A DNA stretch of 57,558 nt from assembly GCA_029259545.1 (NCBI GenBank), contig JAPHEE010000008.1, positions 1 through 57,558 of the forward strand. The letters are read 5' to 3'. Source of the stretch: Candidatus Alkanophaga volatiphilum. Its GTDB lineage: Archaea > Halobacteriota > Syntropharchaeia > Alkanophagales > B39-G2. The notes beneath the pieces were generated by a model. That model made no database searches. It had not been told where the DNA came from and saw only the letters and a program-made list of their open reading frames with translations. This document shows, one piece after another, positions 18,192 through 28,124 of the stretch (within the stretch, counting starts at the first letter, position 1; the number at the start of each line of letters is the position of its first letter). The position numbers and the translations under genes were made by a program.

Positions 18192-19048
18192 AGGAGCGGT
18201 CTCGGCTGACGCTCCTCCGGCAGCTCCGGCAGCTCAGCCGTCCTTATCAAAACCTGCCTTTTTATGTGCTTTATCCTGTTCAGGGCGATCTCCTTACCCT
18301 TCTCCGAGAGCACGAAAATGGGGACTGCGACGCCCAGCTGGAGGAGGGCGTTGCGTGCGAGGCGTCTCACGTGCTTGGAGGCGCACGCCGTCACGAGGTC
18401 CACGAGCTCCATGAACCTCTTGGCTTCCGCCTCGCCCATCCCGGTGACGTGCACGCCGAAGAGCACTGCGCTTTTCCGCCCGCGCGCCGCGGCTTCGACC
18501 TTTCGGCATTGTTCGGCGGCGTCGAGGCTGCAGACGGTGACGCCCACACGGTCGTATTTCTCGAACGCAAGTGCCAAGCCCTTAGCTTGGTCGATCGTGG
18601 CGTTTGTTTCGTCGAGGATCATGCAGCCGCGCGCCTTGAGCCGTGCGATGACCTCGGGGATGGGCGAGGTCTCGGCGAGCCCGGACATCGCGCCGCCGAT
18701 GCCCTGAATAACCTTGGGGTCGGCGGCGACGACAGTGCCGGCGCCGTCGCAGACCTGCACGACGGCGTCGAGCAGCCCCGAACGCACGGCGCTGCTGAAG
18801 ATCTCGGAGGCGCCGAAGTCCACGAGGTCGTCGTCGAGCTCGATGACGCGGCGTGGCGTGCACATCCCAAAACGCTCGACCCGCAGCGCCACGCCCCGCC
18901 TGATCGTCTCGACGCTGATACGCTTGACACCAAGAAGAATGTCTTGAACTGGGCAATATTCAAGCTTTGGCTCTTCAATTTCCTTTATTTCCCCGTTTTC
19001 TATGATTATCCTCGTTTTTCCACTCGCCTCTATAACATGCCTGTCCAT
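18188..19048 (-). CDS. DUF2099 protein (methanogenesis-marker-8-like)
   Basis: N-terminus MDRHVIEASGKTRIIIENGEIKEIEEPKLEYCPV and a ~286-aa length fit my recollection of the family. Confidence 0.5.
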   Translation of the reverse strand: MDRHVIEASGKTRIIIENGEIKEIEEPKLEYCPVQDILLGVKRISVETIRRGVALRVERFGMCTPRRVIELDDDLVDFGASEIFSSAVRSGLLDAVVQVCDGAGTVVAADPKVIQGIGGAMSGLAETSPIPEVIARLKARGCMILDETNATIDQAKGLALAFEKYDRVGVTVCSLDAAEQCRKVEAAARGRKSAVLFGVHVTGMGEAEAKRFMELVDLVTACASKHVRRLARNALLQLGVAVPIFVLSEKGKEIALNRIKHIKRQVLIRTAELPELPEERQPRPLL

Positions 19049-19136
19049 TTTTCCACCTAAAGTCCATTAACATCCTGCATAAGTTATTTATGCTGAGCCG
19101 CCGATTCAGATGCGTCGGCGGAAGGGAGGTGAATTT

Positions 19137-20279
19137 ATGAGGAAAGTGCTCTTATTAGGACTGTTGTCGATCTTTTTCCTCAGCGGCTCAGTATTCGCAG
19201 CATATAGCGACGCGGGCGCCTCGCAGCAGCCAACAGTTGCTAAAGCCTCGGAATACGTAAAGGCGGGCGCTGACATTCTCGTTATAGAGACCGGCCTCGA
19301 CGTGGAGAACTCCGTGTGCAATGCTTTGGACGAGCTCGGCTATACTTACGACTTTTACGATTGGGATTTCGGGCCGGTACCAAGCATCGACTACTCACAA
19401 TACGACGTGGTGATACAGGCGAGTGACGGCGGCATGGTCTCGGGAACGAACATGGATGAGCTTGCAGCTTTCGTCGCAGGCGGCGGCAAACTCATATATC
19501 TCGGCGGCAGCTCCTTGAGCAACGTCGTTTCCGACATAGACACTTACCTGCTCGACGTAGATACTGCCAGCTATTACTGGACGACCGTCACGGGCACGCC
19601 GCACCTTCAGGTCGTAAATCCCACGCATCCTTTGGCGGCAGGATTGCCCGCGAGCTATAATTTCAACGACGTGAGTGCCACTTACTACATGCTAAGGATA
19701 ACGGACGCTACGGCGACAGTCGTCGCTGAGAACGGCGATGGATACCCGGCGCTCGTGACGAAGAACATAGGCAGTGGCGTCCTGATCTGGTTCATAAACT
19801 CGCCTGCCGAGGACTACTGGACGTGGGCGTCCGATTACGCAATCCTCAAGACGATAATAAGGAACGCCTTGGAATACAGTGTTGCGGCGGAGCCTGAGAT
19901 CTCCGTTTCGACGAACAAATGGGAATATTCGCCCGGGGACACTATGGTGATTTCTCTCCACATAGCAAACCCCACAGACAGTGCACTAATCCTTGACATT
20001 TACGTGGGCATACCGCAGTTCCACTTCTGGAGGAAGACAAGCACGCTGACGATACCACCGGACTACGACGGCATGTATAACATGAGCATACCCGTCGGCA
20101 ACTGGGGAGGCGCACCGTTCGCGCTCGTCTGGTATGCGCAGCTGCGGAGCGGCGCCGACATCGTGGCTACGGACGCCGCCGCCTGCATATACTCGCCCCC
20201 AACACTGGCAAAAGCCACAAACATACCGTTCACCAATGTTATCAGCGACCTCAGCTCTGTGGGAATCCCAGCTGCTTGA
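19137..20279 (+). CDS. Secreted protein of unknown function
   Basis: Signal peptide MRKVLLLGLLSIFFLSGSVFAAYS. gggaggtg RBS before the ATG at 19137. Confidence 0.6.
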   Translation: MRKVLLLGLLSIFFLSGSVFAAYSDAGASQQPTVAKASEYVKAGADILVIETGLDVENSVCNALDELGYTYDFYDWDFGPVPSIDYSQYDVVIQASDGGMVSGTNMDELAAFVAGGGKLIYLGGSSLSNVVSDIDTYLLDVDTASYYWTTVTGTPHLQVVNPTHPLAAGLPASYNFNDVSATYYMLRITDATATVVAENGDGYPALVTKNIGSGVLIWFINSPAEDYWTWASDYAILKTIIRNALEYSVAAEPEISVSTNKWEYSPGDTMVISLHIANPTDSALILDIYVGIPQFHFWRKTSTLTIPPDYDGMYNMSIPVGNWGGAPFALVWYAQLRSGADIVATDAAACIYSPPTLAKATNIPFTNVISDLSSVGIPAA

Positions 20280-20314
20280 AACAACCTTCCTTATTTTTCA
20301 CATTTTTCCAATGA

Positions 20315-20884
20315 CTAAAGTTCTCTTGCATATCCTACGGGCATGACGTAGAGCGGGCGATGCGCCCTCGGCAGGCTCAGAACCGAAGAAACTTCGTCGT
20401 CGTGGAACGCCCCGATCGCCACGGTTCCAAGTCCTAAAGCTTCGCACTGCAGGTATATGTTCTGACCGGCGTGCCCGACCTCTATCAAAACGTACCTGAC
20501 GCCACGCTCGCCGTACCTGCGGGTCGTCCGCTCGTACTCGGCGGCGATGACGAAGGAGACCGGCGCTTCCGCGATGAACATCTGATGGAGGCAGGCGCTT
20601 GCAAGCTCCAAGCGGAGGTCTCCGGGCTTGTGCGGCGTTATCCTTCCTATTTCGCAGCGGTAGACGCCGGCGTCCACGCCCTCGACGCCGTCACGACCAA
20701 CGACGGCGTACAACTCTAAAGGGTAGAGGGCGCCCGCAGATGGTACTTTCTTCGCCGCCCATATGAGCTGCGAGAGCTGCGCCGCCGTCAGACTTCGTAC
20801 GCTGAACCGCCGGCGGGACTTCCTCCTTTGAATCGCCTCCTCTAGGGAAACCTCCCCTACCTTCCGTGGCTCAGGCAGTAGCAT
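20315..20884 (-). CDS. SagB-type dehydrogenase domain protein (nitroreductase superfamily)
   Basis: RRKSRRRF, PSAGALYPLELY, RYGERGVRYVLIEVGHAGQNIYLQCEALGLG. Confidence 0.75.
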   Translation of the reverse strand: MLLPEPRKVGEVSLEEAIQRRKSRRRFSVRSLTAAQLSQLIWAAKKVPSAGALYPLELYAVVGRDGVEGVDAGVYRCEIGRITPHKPGDLRLELASACLHQMFIAEAPVSFVIAAEYERTTRRYGERGVRYVLIEVGHAGQNIYLQCEALGLGTVAIGAFHDDEVSSVLSLPRAHRPLYVMPVGYAREL

Positions 20885-21008
20885 ATACTAAACTTGGAGC
20901 TGGAGTAATAAGTGTTGGGCACGAAGGAAAAGTTTTAATTAGGAAGGTGGAGGATTAGTAGTGGAGCAAGCAGGGCTCTACGGTTTGACCTTTAAAGAGG
21001 TGTGACAA

Positions 21009-21305
21009 ATGGATGAGACAAAAAAACCCAAGCTCAAGGATACGTTTAGCATAGAAGAAAAAGCGAAGTACATAACGAGGGAAAGCGAGGCTGGGATAAT
21101 AGTAATGGACACGAGGAAGGGCAAGCTTTATGAGGTGAATGAGGTTGGCTCTCTGATAGTAAGGCTGTGCGATGGCGAGCACACGATCAAAGACATAGAG
21201 GATGCGATCTGTGCGGAGTATGATGTCGACCGCGAGACCATAAGGAGAGATCTCGCAGAGTTCTTGAAGAAGATGGAAGAGTTCCGCATGATAAAGTATG
21301 TGTGA
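21009..21305 (+). CDS. PqqD-family protein (RiPP-recognition-element-like)
   Basis: GKLYEVNEVGSLIVRLCDGEHTIKDIEDAICAEYDVDRETIRRDLAEFLKKMEEFRMI fits the PqqD wHTH pattern. Confidence 0.7.
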   Translation: MDETKKPKLKDTFSIEEKAKYITRESEAGIIVMDTRKGKLYEVNEVGSLIVRLCDGEHTIKDIEDAICAEYDVDRETIRRDLAEFLKKMEEFRMIKYV

Positions 21306-21358
21306 CGCCACGTGGCGGCGGGTTGGAGTTTTAAGTAGGTTGAGGTAACATTTAACTA

Positions 21359-22429
21359 ATGGGAACTGACATAGGTAGCCTCTTCGAGCATAAGGAGCTC
21401 AGCCTTGAGGCCCTCGCTGGCAAGATAGTGGCGATCGACGCCTATAATACTCTTTATCAATTCCTCAGCATAATAAGGCAGCCTGATGGCACACCTCTCA
21501 TGGATTCAAAAGGCAGGATAACTTCGCATCTTTCAGGCTTGATCTACAGAACCTCTAACCTTATGGAGGCAGGTATAAAGCCGGTGTTTGTCTTCGATGG
21601 CGAGCCGCATAGGCTGAAGGAGAGAACGCTCAAAGAGCGGGCTGCGCACAGGGAAGAAGCTCGCCGTCTCTGGGAAGAGCTTAAAGAGGTGGCGCCTGAG
21701 GAAGCCTTTAAATATGCACAGGCGTCCGCGAGGGTCGATGAAGCCATAATAAGCGATGCGAAGACGCTCCTTGGCTATATGGGCGTACCGTGCGTGCAGG
21801 CGCCCTCAGAGGGAGAGGCGCAGGCGGCATACATGGTGCAGCGAGGCGATGCCGACTATGTGGCGTCACAGGACTATGATTCCCTGCTATTCGGCGCTCC
21901 TCGTCTTGTCAGAAACTTGAGCATTAGCAGGAAGAGGAAACTGCCGTCAGGGCGACGTGTTGAAGTAAATCCCGAGCTCATAGAGCTAAGCCAGCTCGAA
22001 AGGCTCGGCATCACGAGAGAGCAGCTTGTAGACATCGCTATACTCATCGGAACGGACTTTAACGAAGGGATTAAAGGCATCGGCGCAAAGAAGGCGCTCA
22101 AGTTGATAAAGGAGCATGGCAGTCTCGAAGCCGCCCTCTCCGCGATCGGCAAGGAAATTGAAGACTACAACGAGGTGCGTCGCATCTTCTTGGAGCCGGA
22201 CGTGACCGACGATTACGAGCTCGAATGGGCGGAGCCCGACGAGGATGCGATAAAAAGGTTCCTATGTGACGAGCACGACTTCTCGGAGGAGCGGGTGGAA
22301 AAAGCAATCGAGAAGCTGCGGGGCGGGGGCGAGTCCGAACGACGTGCCGCCGAGCGGAGAAGAAAGACGAGGACAAAAGCCAAGGCGGCGGTCGGGCAGG
22401 GACAGACGAGAATAGACCAGTGGTTTTGA
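21359..22429 (+). CDS. fen: Flap endonuclease 1
   Basis: XPG-N/XPG-I pattern ([25 protein letters not shown]) and C-terminal PCNA-interaction motif QTRIDQWF. Confidence 0.9.
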   Translation: MGTDIGSLFEHKELSLEALAGKIVAIDAYNTLYQFLSIIRQPDGTPLMDSKGRITSHLSGLIYRTSNLMEAGIKPVFVFDGEPHRLKERTLKERAAHREEARRLWEELKEVAPEEAFKYAQASARVDEAIISDAKTLLGYMGVPCVQAPSEGEAQAAYMVQRGDADYVASQDYDSLLFGAPRLVRNLSISRKRKLPSGRRVEVNPELIELSQLERLGITREQLVDIAILIGTDFNEGIKGIGAKKALKLIKEHGSLEAALSAIGKEIEDYNEVRRIFLEPDVTDDYELEWAEPDEDAIKRFLCDEHDFSEERVEKAIEKLRGGGESERRAAERRRKTRTKAKAAVGQGQTRIDQWF

Positions 22430-22448
22430 GTTTAATCGTAACGATCGC

Positions 22449-23097
22449 ATGAGCAGGACATTGCTGGTACTTTGGATAATAAGGGCAGTGGCGCTGGTGA
22501 TAATTGTATTGATCGTAACGGAACTGGGAATGCTCTTCTTCGGCGCTCATACGAAAGCGAAGCCCAAGCAGCACTGGAAAGCGCGGATTCGTACTTCTTC
22601 ATCGGCGAATACGACATGGCGTCCCAGCTGTACAGCGAGGCTTATGAACTTGTTCATAAGGAGATGTTTGTAGAGCTGTCCGGAGCTTCAGATTTTAAGG
22701 GATTCTCTGAGGAGTTGCTGACGGGGCTGCAGGACGAGTTGTACGCAATTGAGACCAAACGCCTCATGGCAGAGTGCGGAGCGTGCATAGAAGCTGGAGA
22801 TCACCGACGCCGTTGAGACCGACGTTGAGTTGAGCAAGTATGAAGAGGCTGCCCTAGGCATTGACCGCATACCTGCGAGCTGAGGCTGCTATGACGTAAA
22901 TTTCCGATCAATACTCCCAGTTCCTTCTGCGTGAGCAGCTGCATTTTGGCAGCTCATCGGACATAATTGAAGCTATCAACGCCGTCAACGACCTTAAGGA
23001 TGAGCTGGTACTTCTTGAAGCAAGGAGGCGGGGAAGGGAGGAGGTTCTAAAGCTGCTAGAAAGTGTTTTGAGCATCCTGCTCGCCGTAGCCGGCTAG
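22449..23097 (+). pseudogene. Possible frameshift-disrupted gene (TM anchor + helical region)
   Basis: A plausible reading passes through three frames: TM segment LLVLWIIRAVALVIIVLIV, then ..AQAALESADSYFFIGEYDMASQLYSEAYEL.., then ..ELVLLEARRRGREEVLKLLESVLSILLAVAG*. Confidence 0.3.
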
Positions 23098-23126
23098 GCG
23101 GTGGCTCCGGGCTGGGCTGAGCTGAG

Positions 23127-23906
23127 CTAGGGCACTTTCAGCAGCTTATGGACCTGCGGTATGACCATTACTCTGTCCTTGAAGAACTCGCCTGCAGCTT
23201 CTGAAAATTTGTATAGGTCGTTCGCTGAGAATTCAACTCCGTTGGGCGAGGTGACGGGCTGTATGACGAAGTAGAAGTTCGGGGCGGCTGTTGCGAACTC
23301 CGAAATGTCCTCACAGAGCTTTTTCACGTCAGTCAAGTCGTCCTTTCTGAGCACCACAACCTTCACTATGGTCTCGATGCCGCTTTCTATAGAGATTCGG
23401 ATGCACCTGAGTTCGTTCTCATAAAGGCTCTTATAGCCCTCGTCGCTGGGGAGGTGGTCGCGCAGCTTCACGTCGATGGCGGCGAAGTCAAAGAGCTTGA
23501 TCACGTTGTCAAAACGTTCCGCTGAGAATCCGTTCGTCTCCAAATACGTGCTTATGCCCTTCTCTCGCAAAGACCTCGCAATAGCCGCCACGAAGGCATC
23601 TTGGAGCAGCGGCTCGCCGCCGGTGAAGGAGACGCTGTGGATGTCAGCCGTCAAGAGCCTCTTTATGCTGTCTGTGACCTGCGTCACGCTTAACGGGTTT
23701 TTCACGCTGCGACGCTCACCGGAGTGGAATTCGATGCTGCAGAGCTTCGTACGTTCCTTAGCGTGGGGCGTATCGCAGTACACGCAGTCCAGATTGCAGC
23801 CCGCAAACCGCACAAATATCTGGCGTCGTCCGACATAGGGACCCTCGCCTTGGAACGAGCTGAAGATCTCAGCAATGTAGCCCCTCGGCCCTCGTAGGAA
23901 CTCCAT
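23127..23906 (-). CDS. Radical-SAM enzyme of the QueE / AOR-linked cofactor-modifying (cmo) type
   Basis: EIFSSFQGEGPYVGRRQIFVRFAGCNLDCVYCDT (CxxxCxxC). Overlaps the aor 3' end by 38 nt. Confidence 0.7.
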   Translation of the reverse strand: MEFLRGPRGYIAEIFSSFQGEGPYVGRRQIFVRFAGCNLDCVYCDTPHAKERTKLCSIEFHSGERRSVKNPLSVTQVTDSIKRLLTADIHSVSFTGGEPLLQDAFVAAIARSLREKGISTYLETNGFSAERFDNVIKLFDFAAIDVKLRDHLPSDEGYKSLYENELRCIRISIESGIETIVKVVVLRKDDLTDVKKLCEDISEFATAAPNFYFVIQPVTSPNGVEFSANDLYKFSEAAGEFFKDRVMVIPQVHKLLKVP

Positions 23907-25626
23907 TGGCGCTCCACTCCCTCAGATGATAGTACTCTCGAAGAGCTTTCTCGAACCCTTCCTCATCTAAGCTCTCAAAAAACCTTTCCGGAAGCGTATC
24001 TTCGAGCCGTCCTAAATGCTTCAAGTTGAACATGCGCTCCAAGCTCCAGATTCTTTCGCCGATGTTCAGCAAGTCCTCCGCTTTGTAATCCAAGGATGTC
24101 ACCGCACTTAAAACCCTTGCATATTCTTCTTCACTCAATGCGAACGATGAAAACTTACACAGTACGAGCGAGTCTATAGCAGCGGCGAGATTCTGAAAGA
24201 TGACGACGAGCGCAGCCTTGCCGTCGAACGTGAGACGGTTCACGAGCTTCGGCTTCCCAACGATTTCCAGCGAGACCATATACGCTCTGAGATGGCAGCC
24301 GCCGCGATTCGACGTCGCATATGCGAGCGCCTGCCCGAAGACGCCCCTCGGATCATAGCCCGGGAGCTCTAAGCCCTTTACACTCATACTCAGCTCCCTT
24401 CTGCCGCGGTTCGTCGCGAAACGTAGCGAGCCTTCCGCAAGCTCGGCTCCGATGCTCTTTCGCTCGCCGATTTTTCTCACAAGCTCTACAATCTCCTGAC
24501 CACTTCCGCTTACAACGCCGCCTTCAGATGCAGTGGTATCGAAACGCCCTGTCAGCTCAAAGTAGCACGCAAGCGTCCCGCCACACGAAATCGTGTCAAT
24601 GCCATAGTCATCGCAAAGTTCGTTCGCCTTTACTATTTTCTCGAGGTCAGCGTTGCCGCAGTTCGCTCCGAATGCCCAAAGCGTCTCGTACTCAGGGATC
24701 TTAACGCCGCTTTTTGTGAAGTGCTTGCAGGCGACGAAGCAGCCGTAGCAGGAGCGGCTCCGTAACTCATATTTCTCTCGAATCGTCTCACCTGACAAAT
24801 TCTCAGCGGCTGCGAAGAAGCTGCGCCGGAAGTTATGCGTCGGCATGATGCGCATGTAGTTCACAAGGTTCACGAGCGCCGCCGTCCCGTAGTAAGAAAG
24901 CGCTTTGAGTACTGGGCTCGCCCTCAGTAGCCGCATCATATCTTCCTTTGCCTCTTCGAACTTTTCGGCGTCGGCGATGCCGTTATGCTTCCACCACGCT
25001 TTCCGCTCACGGCTCGCACGCACAACTACCGCTTTTAGGTTCTTAAAGCCCATGACGGCGCCGAGCCCGCCACGTCCACAGGCGTGATGCACGTCGCTCA
25101 TGATATTTGCGAATCTCACAAGACGCTCGCCCGCGCGTCCGATGCATGCTACTTTCCGCCCCCCTCTGCCGAGCTTAACAGAGGTCTCTGTAACGTTACT
25201 GCATTTTAAAAACTCTGCATCCTTTATTTCGCAGTGTTCATCCTCGATTTCCAGATAGACAAGGTGCTCTGCTCGCCCCCTCACGACCACGGCGTCATAG
25301 CCTGCAAATTTGAGCTCGACGCCGAAGAAGCCGCCGGCGCTGGAGTCGAAAATTGTACCGGTGAGCGGCGATTTCGAAACGACAACATGACGACCGGACA
25401 TCGGCGCTAAGCCTGTGAGCGGACCGACGGCGAAGACCAGCGGGTTTTCTTCGCTGAAAGCTTCGAAAACGCCGTGTTTCTGGGAAGCGTCGCAGAGGAT
25501 TTTTACGCCAAGCCCCCTCCCACCTAAGAACTTGCGTGCGGTCTCTAAATCGAGCTTTTTCTCTTTTATCCTCCTATCACTGAGGTCGACATCTAGAATC
25601 TTAAAGTTCCAGCCCCCATGTTCCAT
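23869..25626 (-). CDS. aor: Aldehyde:ferredoxin oxidoreductase family (tungstopterin enzyme)
   Basis: 585 aa. N-terminal ILDVDLSDRRIKEKKLD..RKFLGGRGLG, then DSSAGGFFG and GCHLRAY patterns typical of the AOR family. Confidence 0.85.
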   Translation of the reverse strand: MEHGGWNFKILDVDLSDRRIKEKKLDLETARKFLGGRGLGVKILCDASQKHGVFEAFSEENPLVFAVGPLTGLAPMSGRHVVVSKSPLTGTIFDSSAGGFFGVELKFAGYDAVVVRGRAEHLVYLEIEDEHCEIKDAEFLKCSNVTETSVKLGRGGRKVACIGRAGERLVRFANIMSDVHHACGRGGLGAVMGFKNLKAVVVRASRERKAWWKHNGIADAEKFEEAKEDMMRLLRASPVLKALSYYGTAALVNLVNYMRIMPTHNFRRSFFAAAENLSGETIREKYELRSRSCYGCFVACKHFTKSGVKIPEYETLWAFGANCGNADLEKIVKANELCDDYGIDTISCGGTLACYFELTGRFDTTASEGGVVSGSGQEIVELVRKIGERKSIGAELAEGSLRFATNRGRRELSMSVKGLELPGYDPRGVFGQALAYATSNRGGCHLRAYMVSLEIVGKPKLVNRLTFDGKAALVVIFQNLAAAIDSLVLCKFSSFALSEEEYARVLSAVTSLDYKAEDLLNIGERIWSLERMFNLKHLGRLEDTLPERFFESLDEEGFEKALREYYHLREWSANGVPTRAEGLHC

Positions 25627-25673
25627 CTTCGCCCCCCTCAGTCACTGCTGCGAACGAGCTTAGTTGAGCGCCT

Positions 25674-27071
25674 TCAACCGATGCCCAATTTTTCCTTAAT
25701 ACCCCAGCCCGCGAGGACGCCGGTGGAGGCGGCGTTCACGATATCTCTTGAGAGCCCGGCGCCGTCGCCCGCCACGAACAGGTTCTCGATGGACGTCTCC
25801 ATGTTCTTGCTCACGTCTATCCGCATCGCATAGAACTTTATTTCAGGAGCATAAAGGAGTGTGGAGTCGGAAGCGACGCCTGGGATCACCTCGTCAAGCT
25901 TCTCTAGACCCTCAATGATGTCCATCGTGATGCGATGTGGGAGCGCCATCGAAATGTCGCCAGGTGTGACGTCGTTGAGCGTGTTCCGCACCAAGTTCCT
26001 TTTTATTCTGTCCCATGTGGAGCGGCGTCCTCTACGGAGGTCGCCCATCCTTTGGATAAGAGGCTTGCCGCCGCCGATCGTAGTTGCGAGCATGGCTACG
26101 GAACGCCCATAGAGCGTAGTGTTTTCGACGGGCTCCGTAAGTTCGACGCGTACAAGGAATGCGAAATTCGTATTCTCTGACTTTTTGTTCCTCAGGGAGT
26201 GCCCGTTCACTCCGACAAAGCCATCGTAGACCTCTTTCACGACGAAGCCGTGTTCGTTCGTGCAGAAGGTGCGGGCGAAGTCGTCATAGCGCTTCGTCCT
26301 TATGTGAAACTTTGGATCCCTGTTTATCTTGGTTATGGGGTCCATGATGATGGCGGGTACCTCGACACGCACGCCGATATCTATGCCGGCGTGCGCCGCC
26401 TCTATCCCGTGCTTCTTGACCATTTCTTCCATCCACGCCGCCCCAACCCTCCCAGGGGCGAGAAGCGTACATTTCCCCATTATCACGCTTCTCCCTTCAT
26501 CGTTTTCGACGATAACGCCCTTGCAACGTCCCCCCTCTACCATTATGTCCACGACGCTGGTGTTCAGCAGGAAGTCGACGCCTTCGCCTCGCAAGTCCGC
26601 CTCAAAGTTCTTTATAACGGATTTAGCGTTGTCGGAGCCTATATGGCGTTGGTCTATTTCAACGAACCTCGCACCTGCGGACATTGCTCGTCGCTTCAAC
26701 TCCTCTATCTCCTCTTTCTTCCCCTTATAAAGCTCAGGAGGCGCCCCGTATTTCAGAAACACGGAATCGACGTACCTGACGAGCCACCACGCCAGCTCCT
26801 CGTCGCCGCAGATCTCGGCGAGGTCGCCGCCGATGTCCGGACGCAAGTTCAAAGTGCCGTCCGAAAAAGTTCCGGCACCGCCGACGCCGCACATTATGTT
26901 GCAACGCTTGCAGCCCACGCAGACGCCGGTAAGCTCCATCGGGCAGTTCCGTTCTTCGACGTCCTTCCCCATGTCTATTATGAGAACGCTCGCCCTGCCC
27001 TTAAGCTCGTTCGCCGCAAAAAGCCCCGCAGGTCCGGCTCCCACAATCACGACGTCATACTCCTTTGTCAT
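25674..27071 (-). CDS. FAD-dependent dehydrogenase (COG2509-like) with Cys cluster
   Basis: YDVVIVGAGPAGLFAA dinucleotide-binding motif; CPMELTGVCVGCKRCNIMCGVGGAG; C-terminal FVAGDGAG. Confidence 0.7.
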   Translation of the reverse strand: MTKEYDVVIVGAGPAGLFAANELKGRASVLIIDMGKDVEERNCPMELTGVCVGCKRCNIMCGVGGAGTFSDGTLNLRPDIGGDLAEICGDEELAWWLVRYVDSVFLKYGAPPELYKGKKEEIEELKRRAMSAGARFVEIDQRHIGSDNAKSVIKNFEADLRGEGVDFLLNTSVVDIMVEGGRCKGVIVENDEGRSVIMGKCTLLAPGRVGAAWMEEMVKKHGIEAAHAGIDIGVRVEVPAIIMDPITKINRDPKFHIRTKRYDDFARTFCTNEHGFVVKEVYDGFVGVNGHSLRNKKSENTNFAFLVRVELTEPVENTTLYGRSVAMLATTIGGGKPLIQRMGDLRRGRRSTWDRIKRNLVRNTLNDVTPGDISMALPHRITMDIIEGLEKLDEVIPGVASDSTLLYAPEIKFYAMRIDVSKNMETSIENLFVAGDGAGLSRDIVNAASTGVLAGWGIKEKLGIG

Positions 27072-27125
27072 GACACCCGCTCGCCTCTCTTTATACATTT
27101 CCGTAGCAAAAAAGCTTATCAACCT

Positions 27126-28124
27126 TTAGCACCTTCGTAAAACTTGTTTGACGAAAGTCAAATTTTCATGCAAATCCTTGTAGTCCACCTCCGCCAGCCT
27201 GTGTTTATCCCGCCAGAAAGTTTCAATGAGCATATATTTGCCGACGCCCTCGATGCTCTCTAAAATCTGAGGGATGTCAAGCTCGCCTCGCCCGAGCGAT
27301 ATGTGATCCTGTAACCTTATGTCCACGCTCGGCACGCCGTGCTTGAAGCTGCCGCTGACAACGGCGCAGTCGTGAAGGTGCACGACCAAAATTTTGTTCT
27401 TAAAGCGAGAAAGCCACGCCTCAAGGTAAATTAAGGCTTTTTCCCTTAACCCTCTAAACTGCCTCTTCAGCCGCTCGTCCGCCTTGCCACCTGCAAGGTC
27501 GCTGCTGGCGTCCGGAGTTGCCGTTGCTGTTCTCGTCGTTGCAATACCTTTGTCTTTCTCAGCAACGCTCCACTTCTCATGTGTAGTTTCTGCTATTATC
27601 GCGTGCCCGACATCAAATGTGAGCCAGAGGTTCTCCAAGTCGAGCGCTTCGGCGAGGAGGTTGGCGTGTTCAAGTGGCACGAACACGTTTTCTACGCATG
27701 CAGGAAAGCCTAGGCTCTCACAAAGTCTTGCGATTTCTTTACAAGCTCTTAGCCCGTTTTCCTCGATCTTCTTGCGAACGTCTTCGAAGACGTGCGTCGA
27801 AACTCTAAACGTGGTGTGGAAATTGAAGTACAGCGGCTCGAAGGCGGCAGCGAAATTCACGCATTTCCGCATGATCTTAAGGCTCGCTTCGAATATTTCA
27901 AGGCGTGGCTGCGCAATGAAGACATCCAGCGGCGCATGAAAGGCGATGCTCATCCCCAGATCTCGTAAGAGCGACCTTAAAGATGCTTTTGCAGTGGCAC
28001 TCACATACTCTGGGAGCGGATAGTCCAAAGCGAGCTCGAAATAGTCGAAGCCTATCTCATAAAGCTTTTGCGCCGTTGCTTCGAACGGGCGGTCGCCGTA
28101 CCAAACTGTCGTGCCGAATCGCAT
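27126..28124 (-). CDS. Xylose-isomerase-like TIM-barrel protein (sugar-phosphate isomerase/epimerase family)
   Basis: FDYFELALDYP, FHAPL, FDVGHA, LHDC pattern. Contains a low-complexity insertion TRTATATPDASSDLAGG. Confidence 0.55.
   Translation of the reverse strand: MRFGTTVWYGDRPFEATAQKLYEIGFDYFELALDYPLPEYVSATAKASLRSLLRDLGMSIAFHAPLDVFIAQPRLEIFEASLKIMRKCVNFAAAFEPLYFNFHTTFRVSTHVFEDVRKKIEENGLRACKEIARLCESLGFPACVENVFVPLEHANLLAEALDLENLWLTFDVGHAIIAETTHEKWSVAEKDKGIATTRTATATPDASSDLAGGKADERLKRQFRGLREKALIYLEAWLSRFKNKILVVHLHDCAVVSGSFKHGVPSVDIRLQDHISLGRGELDIPQILESIEGVGKYMLIETFWRDKHRLAEVDYKDLHENLTFVKQVLRRC

Noticed and set aside
18266-19060. 264-aa plus-strand ORF, with several other ORFs in the same region
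   Set aside because: It is antisense to the DUF2099 gene, with an Arg/Ala/Gly-rich composition and no motifs.
26199-27140. 313-aa plus-strand ORF
   Set aside because: It is antisense to the FAD-dependent dehydrogenase, which carries clear GxGxxG and Cys-cluster motifs.
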